Shown piece after piece: positions 29,005 to 37,633 of a DNA stretch of 64,000 nucleotides. The position numbers were made by a program, and so were the translations under genes. The DNA comes from Candidatus Saccharimonadota bacterium (GTDB lineage: Bacteria > Patescibacteriota > Saccharimonadia > Saccharimonadales > HK-STAS-PATE-42): positions 104,201 to 168,200 of the forward strand of contig DAISWL010000001.1 of the NCBI GenBank assembly GCA_036826375.1, read 5' to 3'. Numbering within the stretch: the stretch's first letter is position 1; each line of letters starts with the position of its first letter. The notes under the pieces are model-generated. The model had not been told where the DNA came from, searched no databases, and worked only from the letters and a program-made list of their open reading frames with translations.

Positions 29005-29086
29005 ATATTCAAATGTTATTATAACACTAGTAGAAAACCGAAGTAGACTAAAACCTAGCATATTTGTAACGAAAGGATACACCAAT

Positions 29087-29758
29087 ATGAAGACTCTCGT
29101 AAAAGTATGTCGAGTGTTTGATATAGAGACCGCCGAGAAATTGGCTCGACTCGGCGTGCAGTTCATCGGACTGCACGCTATCTTCGATAGGCCTAACCCA
29201 CAAAACACGCTAGCTTACAATCAGATAATCAATACTATGAGAGATTCATACCCTCGGACACGTACCGTACTAGTAACGCGTCTTACTGAGCCTAAAAAAT
29301 TGGCGCAGATTTATAGGAAAGCCCCTACGGACTTTGTGCAGATTTCGGGGCCATGCCCTAGATCCGCCAAAATCAAATTTTTAGAGCTGGCACAAGCCGT
29401 AAATAAGAATGTAAAAATTTTCAATGTCATTTCAGCATCAGAAAATCTTAAAATCAACTCAGAAGATATCATAGGTAATTATGTAGTAATCGATAAGGAG
29501 TTCGCAGGCGGTACTGGAAAGTTAATCCCAAAACAAACAGTGAGCGCGTTAACTCATGCATTAAAGGGTAAAACCATTCTATTAGCCGGTGGGGTTGGTA
29601 GAGTTGATGCTCGTCAACACATAGCCGGATTGTCTGTTGATGGCATTGATGTAATGAGTTCACTCGAGTTTAGTAAGGACGATAAGCGTAAAGATATGCG
29701 AAAAGTATACGCCTTACTTCAGAACGTATGGGGAGATAGTGTATCCGACTCAGTTTGA
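29087..29758 (+). CDS. phosphoribosylanthranilate-isomerase (TrpF)-like TIM-barrel protein
   Basis: The start is at Met66 of the track ORF, after SD AAAGGA. KVCRVFDIETAEKLARLGVQFIGLH, DKEFAGGTGKLIP and ILLAGGVGRVDARQHIAGLSVDGIDVMSSLE align by eye with the TrpF motifs KICG..A...GAD.iGfvf, GGTG and LAGGL....GVDVSSGVE. Confidence 0.6.
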   Translation: MKTLVKVCRVFDIETAEKLARLGVQFIGLHAIFDRPNPQNTLAYNQIINTMRDSYPRTRTVLVTRLTEPKKLAQIYRKAPTDFVQISGPCPRSAKIKFLELAQAVNKNVKIFNVISASENLKINSEDIIGNYVVIDKEFAGGTGKLIPKQTVSALTHALKGKTILLAGGVGRVDARQHIAGLSVDGIDVMSSLEFSKDDKRKDMRKVYALLQNVWGDSVSDSV

Positions 29759-29933
29759 GGACAGACGTAGATTGTGGGTTTACAACAGCAAAGGTCGCAC
29801 TAGAAGGATCAAAAGAGACCAAAAAGCCCACCGAGAAGAAAACAGAAATTAACTAAGATATTGAATGATCAAATACGGAGGTATGACAAGGTGGAATTGC
29901 TTACATACATGCCGTAATGGCATACTCAACTAT

Positions 29934-31718
29934 TTATATTCTTTCTACCGGCTTGACACCTATAACGTCCAAGGCGCTTGAAAATACAGTTGATACAGCA
30001 GTACTGAGCTCCATTTTCTTATTAGTTTCGGCGAGATCTTCACTGATAAAACGCTCCTTCGCATAAAGAGAGTTGAACGAATGTGCAATGTCCAGTAAGT
30101 ATTCGACGAGCACATTAGGTGAATAGTCGCTCAGAGCGGTTTTGATGTGCTCAGGATAATAAAGAAGCTTAACGATTAACTCACGCTCTCGAGCTGTGTA
30201 GTTACTATCTGATAGACCAGATGTAATACTTCCCATGTTTTTTGCGATAACCGTGTTAACTCTGGCGAATGTGTACAAGAGATAAAGTCCGCTATCACCC
30301 TCGAGGCTAACCGCCTGTTGTATATTGATGCTAGTATCGGTCGTTCGAGCCGGCTTGAGTAACGCACACTTGATTGCGGCTACAGCAATCTGATCAGCTA
30401 GCATAGGAGTGTAGCCACGATCGGAGTTAAGTAGTGTATTCTTTACTTCATCGAGAAGATCATCTATCAATAGAGTGTTACCTCCACGTGAGCTCATTTT
30501 CTTCTTAGCCCCAGATTCATCAGTAATATTTACTAAACCATATGGAATATGAGCGAAATCGTTATAATTGCCGACTCCTAATTGCTCACAGACAGCAAAC
30601 ACCTGTTTCATAGCAACACTTTGTTCAGGCCCAATGACCCACAGGAGCTTGTCTGCTCCATAGGAGTCTTTCTTCAATTTCGTCAGCGCGATGTCCTGAG
30701 TGATATATAGAGACGTGCCATCGGATTTAAGCATGATAGTATCCGGTATATTATATGCGTCTAGATTGGTAAGGATAGCGCCGTTTTCGAGTCTTTTGAA
30801 AGTACCTTTTTCTAGACCCTTGGCTACAAGATCCTTACCTTGATTATAGTGTTCGTGTTCGTGCCATATTTTATCCCAATGGTTGCCTACTCGATCCAAG
30901 GTCTCTGTGATACCCTGATGAGCGTATGAAATGATCAGCTCCCATAACGCCCATATATTCTTGTCTCCGGCTTCCCATAAAACAGCCATCTGACGAATTG
31001 CGTCTTGGGCGTCCTTATCGTTCTTAAAATCTTCACTCGCCAATGTATAGCATTCGCCCACAAAATGATCCGGCTTGACGTTGATCTCGCTCGGCGTTAG
31101 CCATTCATCTTTGTGTTGTATCCAATAATCCACGTCATATGTAGTTTTTTTGTCTTTGTCGCGTCTTTCATATTTGAGATAGCCCCACATAGCCTTTGTA
31201 ATGGCAATACCCCTATCATTATCGACGCAGTCTCGTATGACTTTAGCGCCTGAATATTCAAGAATTTTGGCGATTGACATTCCTACTAAATTATTTCTAA
31301 GATGACCCACGTGCATCGCCTTATTAGGATTTGGAGAAGTATGTTCAATGACCCATGTTTCACCTTCAAGCATCGTATTCTTGCCGTATGCGCTACCATG
31401 CTTTTTAATATCCTTGATAACAGCAGATAAGGAAACATTAGACAGTCTAAAGTTGATAAATCCAGGCATTATAGCCTCTGTACTAAATATATCATTTGGT
31501 ATCTTATTTATTTCTTCTACTATTTCCTGAGCAATTTTCAACGGAGATTGAGATAGCTCCTTCGCTAGCTGAAACGAAATATTACTGACGTAATCCGCTT
31601 TCTTTTTATCGGTTGGTACAGATACAGTGGAGTGATGCGGCGACAAACTAGGATATAAAGAGCTAACTGCCGCATCTATGGCTTTTCCTAGTGTGTCAGT
31701 CAATTTATCATGGATCAC
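29934..31718 (-). CDS. argS: arginine--tRNA ligase (island-encoded)
   Basis: 594 aa with EHTSPNPNKAMHVGHLRN (HIGH), KKMSSRGG (KMSKS-like) and a C-terminal DALR-type anticodon-binding region. The GTG start overlaps the asnB-like stop (GTGA). Confidence 0.9.
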   Translation of the reverse strand: MIHDKLTDTLGKAIDAAVSSLYPSLSPHHSTVSVPTDKKKADYVSNISFQLAKELSQSPLKIAQEIVEEINKIPNDIFSTEAIMPGFINFRLSNVSLSAVIKDIKKHGSAYGKNTMLEGETWVIEHTSPNPNKAMHVGHLRNNLVGMSIAKILEYSGAKVIRDCVDNDRGIAITKAMWGYLKYERRDKDKKTTYDVDYWIQHKDEWLTPSEINVKPDHFVGECYTLASEDFKNDKDAQDAIRQMAVLWEAGDKNIWALWELIISYAHQGITETLDRVGNHWDKIWHEHEHYNQGKDLVAKGLEKGTFKRLENGAILTNLDAYNIPDTIMLKSDGTSLYITQDIALTKLKKDSYGADKLLWVIGPEQSVAMKQVFAVCEQLGVGNYNDFAHIPYGLVNITDESGAKKKMSSRGGNTLLIDDLLDEVKNTLLNSDRGYTPMLADQIAVAAIKCALLKPARTTDTSINIQQAVSLEGDSGLYLLYTFARVNTVIAKNMGSITSGLSDSNYTARERELIVKLLYYPEHIKTALSDYSPNVLVEYLLDIAHSFNSLYAKERFISEDLAETNKKMELSTAVSTVFSSALDVIGVKPVERI

Positions 31719-33460
31719 TGTAAGCTCTTTTCTAAAATTGCTATGCTACATAACTTCCACTGCATTGACAGTGGTAATTCTTTAGTATATTTTAACAAAC
31801 TTTCATCTATTAGGCTAGATAAAAACTGGGAGTTAGTGAGCAGCCCGTCGCTGATAAGACTTTCAATAAACTCTTTACGCTTATCAGGAAGATCGGGGAA
31901 GCCAAGCTTCTTTCGTTTAGTTATGTACTCCGGAACATGTTTCTGTCCTATTTTCCTTAATATATATTTCTCTTTGTTATCAAGCATCTTGAAACGAGAA
32001 GGTACGGAACTCAGATACTCTACAAGGCGATAGTCCGTAAAGGCCGTTCTACATTCCACCGACCAATTCATTGACTGTTTATCTTCTTGCGCAAGCAGGG
32101 CTGGTAAATGAGTCTTGACTCCGAAACGTAATACGGAATTAAGCGTATCGTCCGTAGCGTAAGGAACGAAGTGTTTAGTAATATTTTCGTCTATTATTCG
32201 CTTCAGTAGATCCTTATCAATAGCATTCTTTAGCGGTGATTGGAGATACCAATACTGCTTAAACACCTCACTGGTTGTATAGTTATTTTCATCTCTAAGA
32301 AAACTATAATAATCCAAGTACCCTAAGAATATTTCATCTGCGCCCTGGCCGTTAAGCACGGCTTTCAGACCTTGTTGATGAACCGCTTCATAATTTCTAC
32401 TAATATAGATATAAACCTGGTCGAGTGACGGCTCTTCCATAGCTCTTGTAACTTCGATGAACCTTTCTAACGCCAGATCTTGATCTCGTACTTGTACTTT
32501 ATGATGCGGTATATCATATTCTTTGCAAAATTTAGATGCATAGTAGAGGTCTTCATCTATATGTTCTCCTTTTGCAAGTGTGAAGCAATGAGGTTTATAG
32601 CTCAAATCTCTCATCGCCAGTGACGTCAGGAGTGTACTATCCAATCCTCCAGATAGTACCATCCCTATATTTGTATCAAGTGAGGTTCGAAGCGCAACGG
32701 AATCGATAAGAATTTCCTCAACATTCCGTAAAATTGTCTCTTCATCATCGTTGATTTCATTTTTTTGAAGTTGCCAGTACGCTATCGTTTCTTTGGTATT
32801 TTTTCGCGTATCTATAGCTATGTAGTTACCTGATGGGAGATTGTAGATATCCTTAATGTGCGTACGTGTTTTATCGCTCCAGAAATTAAAAACTAAATCC
32901 GAGACTATTCTATCGGTATCGAGCGTCCACTTCTTATTGTGACAAACGTCTTTAATAAACTTGATCGTTGAGCCGAAGTAAAATGTACCTGAAGATATAT
33001 CGTCATAGTAGTAAAGTGGCTTCTCGCCGATTCTATCACGAGCTATTATAAGCAGACCTGATGAATCGTCATGAATCGAGAGAGCGAAAGGGCCGTTAAA
33101 TTTCGAGAAGCAGTTCGTTCCCCAATGGTCATATGCAGATAAAATAACCTCACTATCTGAAGTTGAGAAAAACTCGTATCCAAGTGCTTGTAGTTCAGAC
33201 TTGATTGCTCTGAAGTTATATATTTCGCCGTTAAAAACCAAAGTCTTGCCATGCTTAACCATTGGCTGATGACCGTGAGAGCTAAGGTCAACTAGACTCA
33301 ATCTGCTATGCGTTAAACCGACGGTATTCTCCGTGTTGAAATATACACCGAAATCATCTGGCCCCCTACGTTCATGCTGCTTCTTTGAAACACTGACGAA
33401 TGTTTCGTTATTCAAATTATTACTTTGTTTATTACAATAGTAGCCGCTAATGCCACACAT
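31715..33460 (-). CDS. asparagine-synthetase (AsnB)-type glutamine-dependent amidotransferase
   Basis: N-terminal MCGISGY (Ntn Cys2 nucleophile) and PP-loop MVLSGGLDST. 581 aa. Confidence 0.88.
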   Translation of the reverse strand: MCGISGYYCNKQSNNLNNETFVSVSKKQHERRGPDDFGVYFNTENTVGLTHSRLSLVDLSSHGHQPMVKHGKTLVFNGEIYNFRAIKSELQALGYEFFSTSDSEVILSAYDHWGTNCFSKFNGPFALSIHDDSSGLLIIARDRIGEKPLYYYDDISSGTFYFGSTIKFIKDVCHNKKWTLDTDRIVSDLVFNFWSDKTRTHIKDIYNLPSGNYIAIDTRKNTKETIAYWQLQKNEINDDEETILRNVEEILIDSVALRTSLDTNIGMVLSGGLDSTLLTSLAMRDLSYKPHCFTLAKGEHIDEDLYYASKFCKEYDIPHHKVQVRDQDLALERFIEVTRAMEEPSLDQVYIYISRNYEAVHQQGLKAVLNGQGADEIFLGYLDYYSFLRDENNYTTSEVFKQYWYLQSPLKNAIDKDLLKRIIDENITKHFVPYATDDTLNSVLRFGVKTHLPALLAQEDKQSMNWSVECRTAFTDYRLVEYLSSVPSRFKMLDNKEKYILRKIGQKHVPEYITKRKKLGFPDLPDKRKEFIESLISDGLLTNSQFLSSLIDESLLKYTKELPLSMQWKLCSIAILEKSLQ

Positions 33461-33461
33461 C

Positions 33462-34889
33462 TTATAGATCCTTCTTTAAAACTTTACCCGTCGCCGTTCT
33501 CGGTAATAAGCTGACAAATTTAACTGTAACGATACTACTAAGAGCTTCAGGCAGTGAATGTAGAATATTATCTTCAAGCAGAGATTTATCAATATTATCT
33601 TCTCCAACTACAAAAAGTTGCAATTCACTGGCAGATAGGAATTTATAGCTCATATCTTTGATCTGTTCATTTGATAATAAGAGAGGTATATTGACGGATG
33701 CCGTATTTACTAAGTCAGTAGGTAAATCCATTGCATCTTTTTTACGGCTGACAAGATAAAAGAAATGGTCTTTATCTTCATAGAATAAATCACCTGTTTT
33801 GAACCACCCGTTAACATTGGCACTTTCATTTTGCTCATGATCGTCGTAAGAAGCAACCATCGGTCCTTTAATTAGTAGCTCGCCAATAGCTCCGTCTTCA
33901 ACGTCCATATAATCCTCATCGACGATTCGACATTCAACCTGCCTACATGCTTGCCCGACGCTGCCTAGTCGTAATTCCGCATTACTATCGGGAAGTAGAA
34001 AATGGGTTAAAGATGTTGTTTCCGTGAGACCATATCCTTCCGTGATCAACACGTCAGTTTTTTCTTTCATTTTTCTCACTACTGGTATCGGGATACTCTC
34101 TCCGCCGGAATCACAAATACGTAAAGACGAAAAATCGTATCGACTCAAGTTAAGACTGGATAAGCTTTTATAGAAAACCGGGTTTACAACCAATATGTTA
34201 ACTTCATGCTTCTCGATCAAATTTGCGATTGCTTCAGCGGAATCTTCCTCTGGGCATATTACAATTGTCTTACCTAGGCTCATAGGCGCCACACAACACG
34301 GAATAACACTATAGCAATAATGGAAAGGTAGAGAAAATAGGATCGTGTCATTATCCTTGAGCTTATAAATTCTTTCATACTCACTCACGGCCCATGCTAT
34401 ATTATCGTTCGTATAGTTTACTTTCTTAGGTATGCCCGTAGTGCCGCTAGTATGTGCAGTAAATAATGTTTTGTTATCAGGGTGTATTATTTCAAGCTGC
34501 GTCTTATCCATCGTGTCGTTATCAATACTATCTAATTCCGGAATACGGACAATGTTTACAGACTCTAATTGTTGTTCTTTATCTGCATACACTACATCGA
34601 CATCATGGAGCATGACATTCAGTCCACTTTTGTTCATAGTCCGATCGATAACGAGAGGGGTAATGCCTCGGAACATTAGGGCATACATGAAAAATACCCA
34701 CTCCGCCTTACGGCTGGGAAGAATGGCGACCTGAACATCCTTGCTAATCTGCTTACTCTCCAGATAAGCCATGTACTTGTCTATTGCTTCTTTTATTGAT
34801 GTACTATTAAATGTCCTATCTCCATCAATAATCTTGAGAGTACTCTCATCTGATATAAGAATTTGTTTGACCGATTCTAAGTAACTCAT
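33462..34889 (-). CDS. ANL-superfamily adenylate-forming enzyme (acyl-CoA/amino-acid ligase-like)
   Basis: AHTSGTTGIPKKV, EGYGLTET, WFKTGDL, SRKKDAM and the C-terminal PRTATGKV lysine motif. Confidence 0.88.
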   Translation of the reverse strand: MSYLESVKQILISDESTLKIIDGDRTFNSTSIKEAIDKYMAYLESKQISKDVQVAILPSRKAEWVFFMYALMFRGITPLVIDRTMNKSGLNVMLHDVDVVYADKEQQLESVNIVRIPELDSIDNDTMDKTQLEIIHPDNKTLFTAHTSGTTGIPKKVNYTNDNIAWAVSEYERIYKLKDNDTILFSLPFHYCYSVIPCCVAPMSLGKTIVICPEEDSAEAIANLIEKHEVNILVVNPVFYKSLSSLNLSRYDFSSLRICDSGGESIPIPVVRKMKEKTDVLITEGYGLTETTSLTHFLLPDSNAELRLGSVGQACRQVECRIVDEDYMDVEDGAIGELLIKGPMVASYDDHEQNESANVNGWFKTGDLFYEDKDHFFYLVSRKKDAMDLPTDLVNTASVNIPLLLSNEQIKDMSYKFLSASELQLFVVGEDNIDKSLLEDNILHSLPEALSSIVTVKFVSLLPRTATGKVLKKDL

Positions 34890-34893
34890 CTAA

Positions 34894-36201
34894 TTATAGC
34901 CTTTCGCTCAAAGCATTATCTAGTATTTGCATGCCCTGTTCTAGCATTTCATTTTTAATTACAAGCGGCGGTGTAATACGTAGAAACGACCCATGAGGCC
35001 CATTAGGCATCGATAAGAGCAAACCATTCTTAAAGCTATCTCTAGCTATTTTTTCGGCCAAAGTTTTACTGTGCTGACCATCAATTGTGATATGCAAACT
35101 AGCGACCATACCAAAGACCTCGGAATAAGATATAGCATTTTGATATTTCTCCGCTAATTTGTCTATTTGAGTTTTAAAGCTCCTAGAGACATCGAGAAGA
35201 TTCTGTCGGAATTCTTTATTCTCCATAAATTTGATATTAGCTATAGCCGCAACGCAGCTCATAGGGTTTGCGGAATGAGTAGTGGCGATATCAAGTTCAT
35301 TACTTTTGTTAAAGATGTCTCTTTTTACAGCAATAGCAGACATGGGCAGAGAAGATGTGAGACCCTTGCCTAGGCAGATAATATCAGGGCTGATATCAAA
35401 ATGTTCGAATGCAAATCGTCTTGAGGTTCTATAGAATCCAGATTGTATTTCATCCACAATCAAAAGAGCGTCAGTTGCGTTGCAGAACTCAATCACTTCA
35501 TTTATTAGTTGCTGGTCGGCAACAAAGACGCCCTTACCTTGATAGGGCTCCATAATTATCCCTGTCACCATATACTCAGACAGTCCGTACTTATCTAGCG
35601 TATCCGAAATGTTCTTCTGAAATGATACGCTTTGTGTTTTGCTTGAACGACTCTGAAAAGGAAGCTTTATATAATGAACTTTATCACCTTTGTCGGACGT
35701 GAAAAGGCTATGACGAGTGATCCCTGAGATTGAATCAGACTGCAAAGTATTTCCATGGAAAGCATTATAGAAAGAGACAATCACTGATTCTGCCTGATTA
35801 TGGTGATCGAGGGCTACTTTAATTGAACTCTCGACAGCCTCTGATCCGGATGACATGAAATGCAAGCCGTAGGATTCTCCTGTAGAATCGTCTAAAAGCT
35901 TTCCGAGCTGTTCGGCTAACTCAAGCCGATATCGATGTGGGAAATTATATGTTGCAAGAAGGGGTTCTTCGAGCGCGTTCTTCAAGGCATCGACTACAAA
36001 TTCATTCGAGTGACCAGAGTTCGCGACGGCTATGGCAGACGTGAAGTCTATCCATGCATCTCCATTTCTATTAAAGACAAGTGCACCCTTTGCGCTATGC
36101 CACATTAGAGGATAAAAGTCTGTATGCATTGACGCGTGTTCAAGCATTTTTAGTCTATTGAGGTCGTCTTTCTCTTCTACAGAGGAAACATATGTAAACA
36201 A
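34894..36201 (-). CDS. class-III (fold type I) PLP aminotransferase
   Basis: VDEIQSGFYRTSRRFAFEH and the PLP-lysine segment ICLGKGLTSS. The TTG start is preceded by GAAGGGG. An alternative start is Met19. Confidence 0.85.
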   Translation of the reverse strand: MFTYVSSVEEKDDLNRLKMLEHASMHTDFYPLMWHSAKGALVFNRNGDAWIDFTSAIAVANSGHSNEFVVDALKNALEEPLLATYNFPHRYRLELAEQLGKLLDDSTGESYGLHFMSSGSEAVESSIKVALDHHNQAESVIVSFYNAFHGNTLQSDSISGITRHSLFTSDKGDKVHYIKLPFQSRSSKTQSVSFQKNISDTLDKYGLSEYMVTGIIMEPYQGKGVFVADQQLINEVIEFCNATDALLIVDEIQSGFYRTSRRFAFEHFDISPDIICLGKGLTSSLPMSAIAVKRDIFNKSNELDIATTHSANPMSCVAAIANIKFMENKEFRQNLLDVSRSFKTQIDKLAEKYQNAISYSEVFGMVASLHITIDGQHSKTLAEKIARDSFKNGLLLSMPNGPHGSFLRITPPLVIKNEMLEQGMQILDNALSERL

Positions 36202-36319
36202 ATCTAAAGCCCCTTCATTTACCCAAGCTCGCTTATGTCGGCTACCCCAACTGAGTACTCTAGCTGTGATTTTAGCAGTAGGACTCTTTGTGGATTAGTT
36301 ACAATACTGGAGCTGCCTA

Positions 36320-37395
36320 CCTTATAATATCAAATGCAACCGTTAAAATACAATATGTAATCAAGAAAGGATTTACATGAACCATTTAACGGCTGCGGAT
36401 CGAGGCAGTATAGAAACACTGCTTCAAGAACATTATACAAATAAAGAAGTAGCTAGGCGACTGCTAAGGAGCCCTAGCACTATTAGTCGAGAAATAAAGA
36501 AGGGATTAGATGGTTTAGGGATTTACCGTTCCTGGATAGCACAGGTAGCCTATGAATTTAATCGAAAGCGCTCCAAGCAGATGCCAAAGCTAGATAATCC
36601 AACCAACCATAGGCTCAGGGGTTGGATTGTAGATTGCCTACAAAAGGGTTGGGATCCAAGCATGATCTCTGGTCGTATGAAAGCAGAAGGATTCGTTATT
36701 GTTTGCGCTGAAACAATTTATAGCTGGATCTACTCCAGCGAATGGGCAAAAGGTGAAAAGCTTTACCAGTATCTACGCCAGGGTAAAAAACACAGAACAA
36801 AACATAGGGGTAGATCAGCTCAAAAGTCTAGAATACCCAACAGGGTTTCTATCCATGATAGACCATCAGTTGTTGACGCCAGGAGTCGTATTGGGGACTG
36901 GGAGGGAGATAGTGTTATATACACCCATAAACATGCCATTAATTCCGTTAATGAGAGGTTGAGCGGATTAGTGGAGTTCACTAAGCTTACTAGAAAAACA
37001 GCTTTGAAAACTGCATCCGCCATAATAACTAAACTTAAAGGACGTGTTGCCCATACAATTACATTCGATAATGGGAGTGAGTTTATAAACCATAGCCTCA
37101 TAACAGAAGCACTGGGTATTAGTGTTTACTTTGCTGATCCATACTCTTCCTGGCAACGTGGTTCCAATGAGAACCTTAACAGACAACTAAGAGCTTATCT
37201 CCCTAAAAGGTCTGATATTAGAGACTTAGAGTAGGAAGAACTAGATGATATAGTTTGGGAGCTAAATAACAAGCCACGTAAAAGATTCCTATGGCATACG
37301 CCACAGGAAATCTATGACTGGCTTGTAAGCAACCCAGGTAAAGCGCTAGACTTATGTAAGGTTGCGTTTGGTTCTAGAATTTAGGTTTATACTTA
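36320..37395 (+). mobile_element. IS30-family insertion sequence (boundaries approximate)
   Basis: The transposase gene is flanked by imperfect inverted repeats sharing CAAATGCAACC (left, about 36331-36341) and GGTTGCGTTTG (right, 37360-37370). The ORF ends inside the right repeat, as is typical for IS30. Confidence 0.7.
36377..37384 (+). pseudogene. IS30-family DDE transposase interrupted by one in-frame TAG
   Basis: N-terminal HTH, then DDE residues in GDWEGDSV, TFDNGSEF and GSNENLN. The in-frame TAG at 37232-37234 is followed in the same frame by the conserved IS30 tail EELDDIVWELNNKPRKRFLWHTPQEIY, ending at TAG 37382-37384. Confidence 0.85.
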
Positions 37396-37461
37396 ATTCT
37401 CTTCACTATTAGCTTATACTCAATAATTTATCTTGAATTCAATCATAGCCTGATCTTAATA

Positions 37462-37629
37462 TATAGCCCCCGCAAAACGAATACGGGTCTTTTTGGATGA
37501 TAGATCGGAGTGATGAAATAATCTGTTTTTTGAATGAAATGTATCCGTAGATACATTGAACTCAAAAAACAGTTATTTCAGCCTGTGAGGTGCATTTAAA
37601 AAGATGGGTTTTGTTTTGCGGAGGCTATA
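37462..37629. repeat. 168-bp hairpin element with terminal inverted repeats, copy 2
   Basis: TATAGCCCCCGCAAAACGAA ... TTTGTTTTGCGGAGGCTATA. It is about nine-tenths identical to 3538-3704 and sits between the IS30 element and rarA at the right edge of the island. Confidence 0.75.
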
Positions 37630-37633
37630 TAAG

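Noticed and set aside
28892-29086. N-terminal 65-codon extension of the TrpF-like ORF, and the corresponding 68-codon extension of the SDR ORF up to 29208.
   Set aside because: The extensions run antisense through each other's coding regions. Internal Met codons with an SD (29087) and with the Rossmann motif right at the N-terminus (29004) give normal-length proteins.
37232-37234. In-frame TAG in the IS30 transposase as evidence for stop-codon reassignment.
   Set aside because: TAG terminates several convincing genes here (for example lepB at 52338-52340 and the SDR at 26963-26965), and TGA and TAA also act as stops. A point nonsense mutation is the simpler reading.
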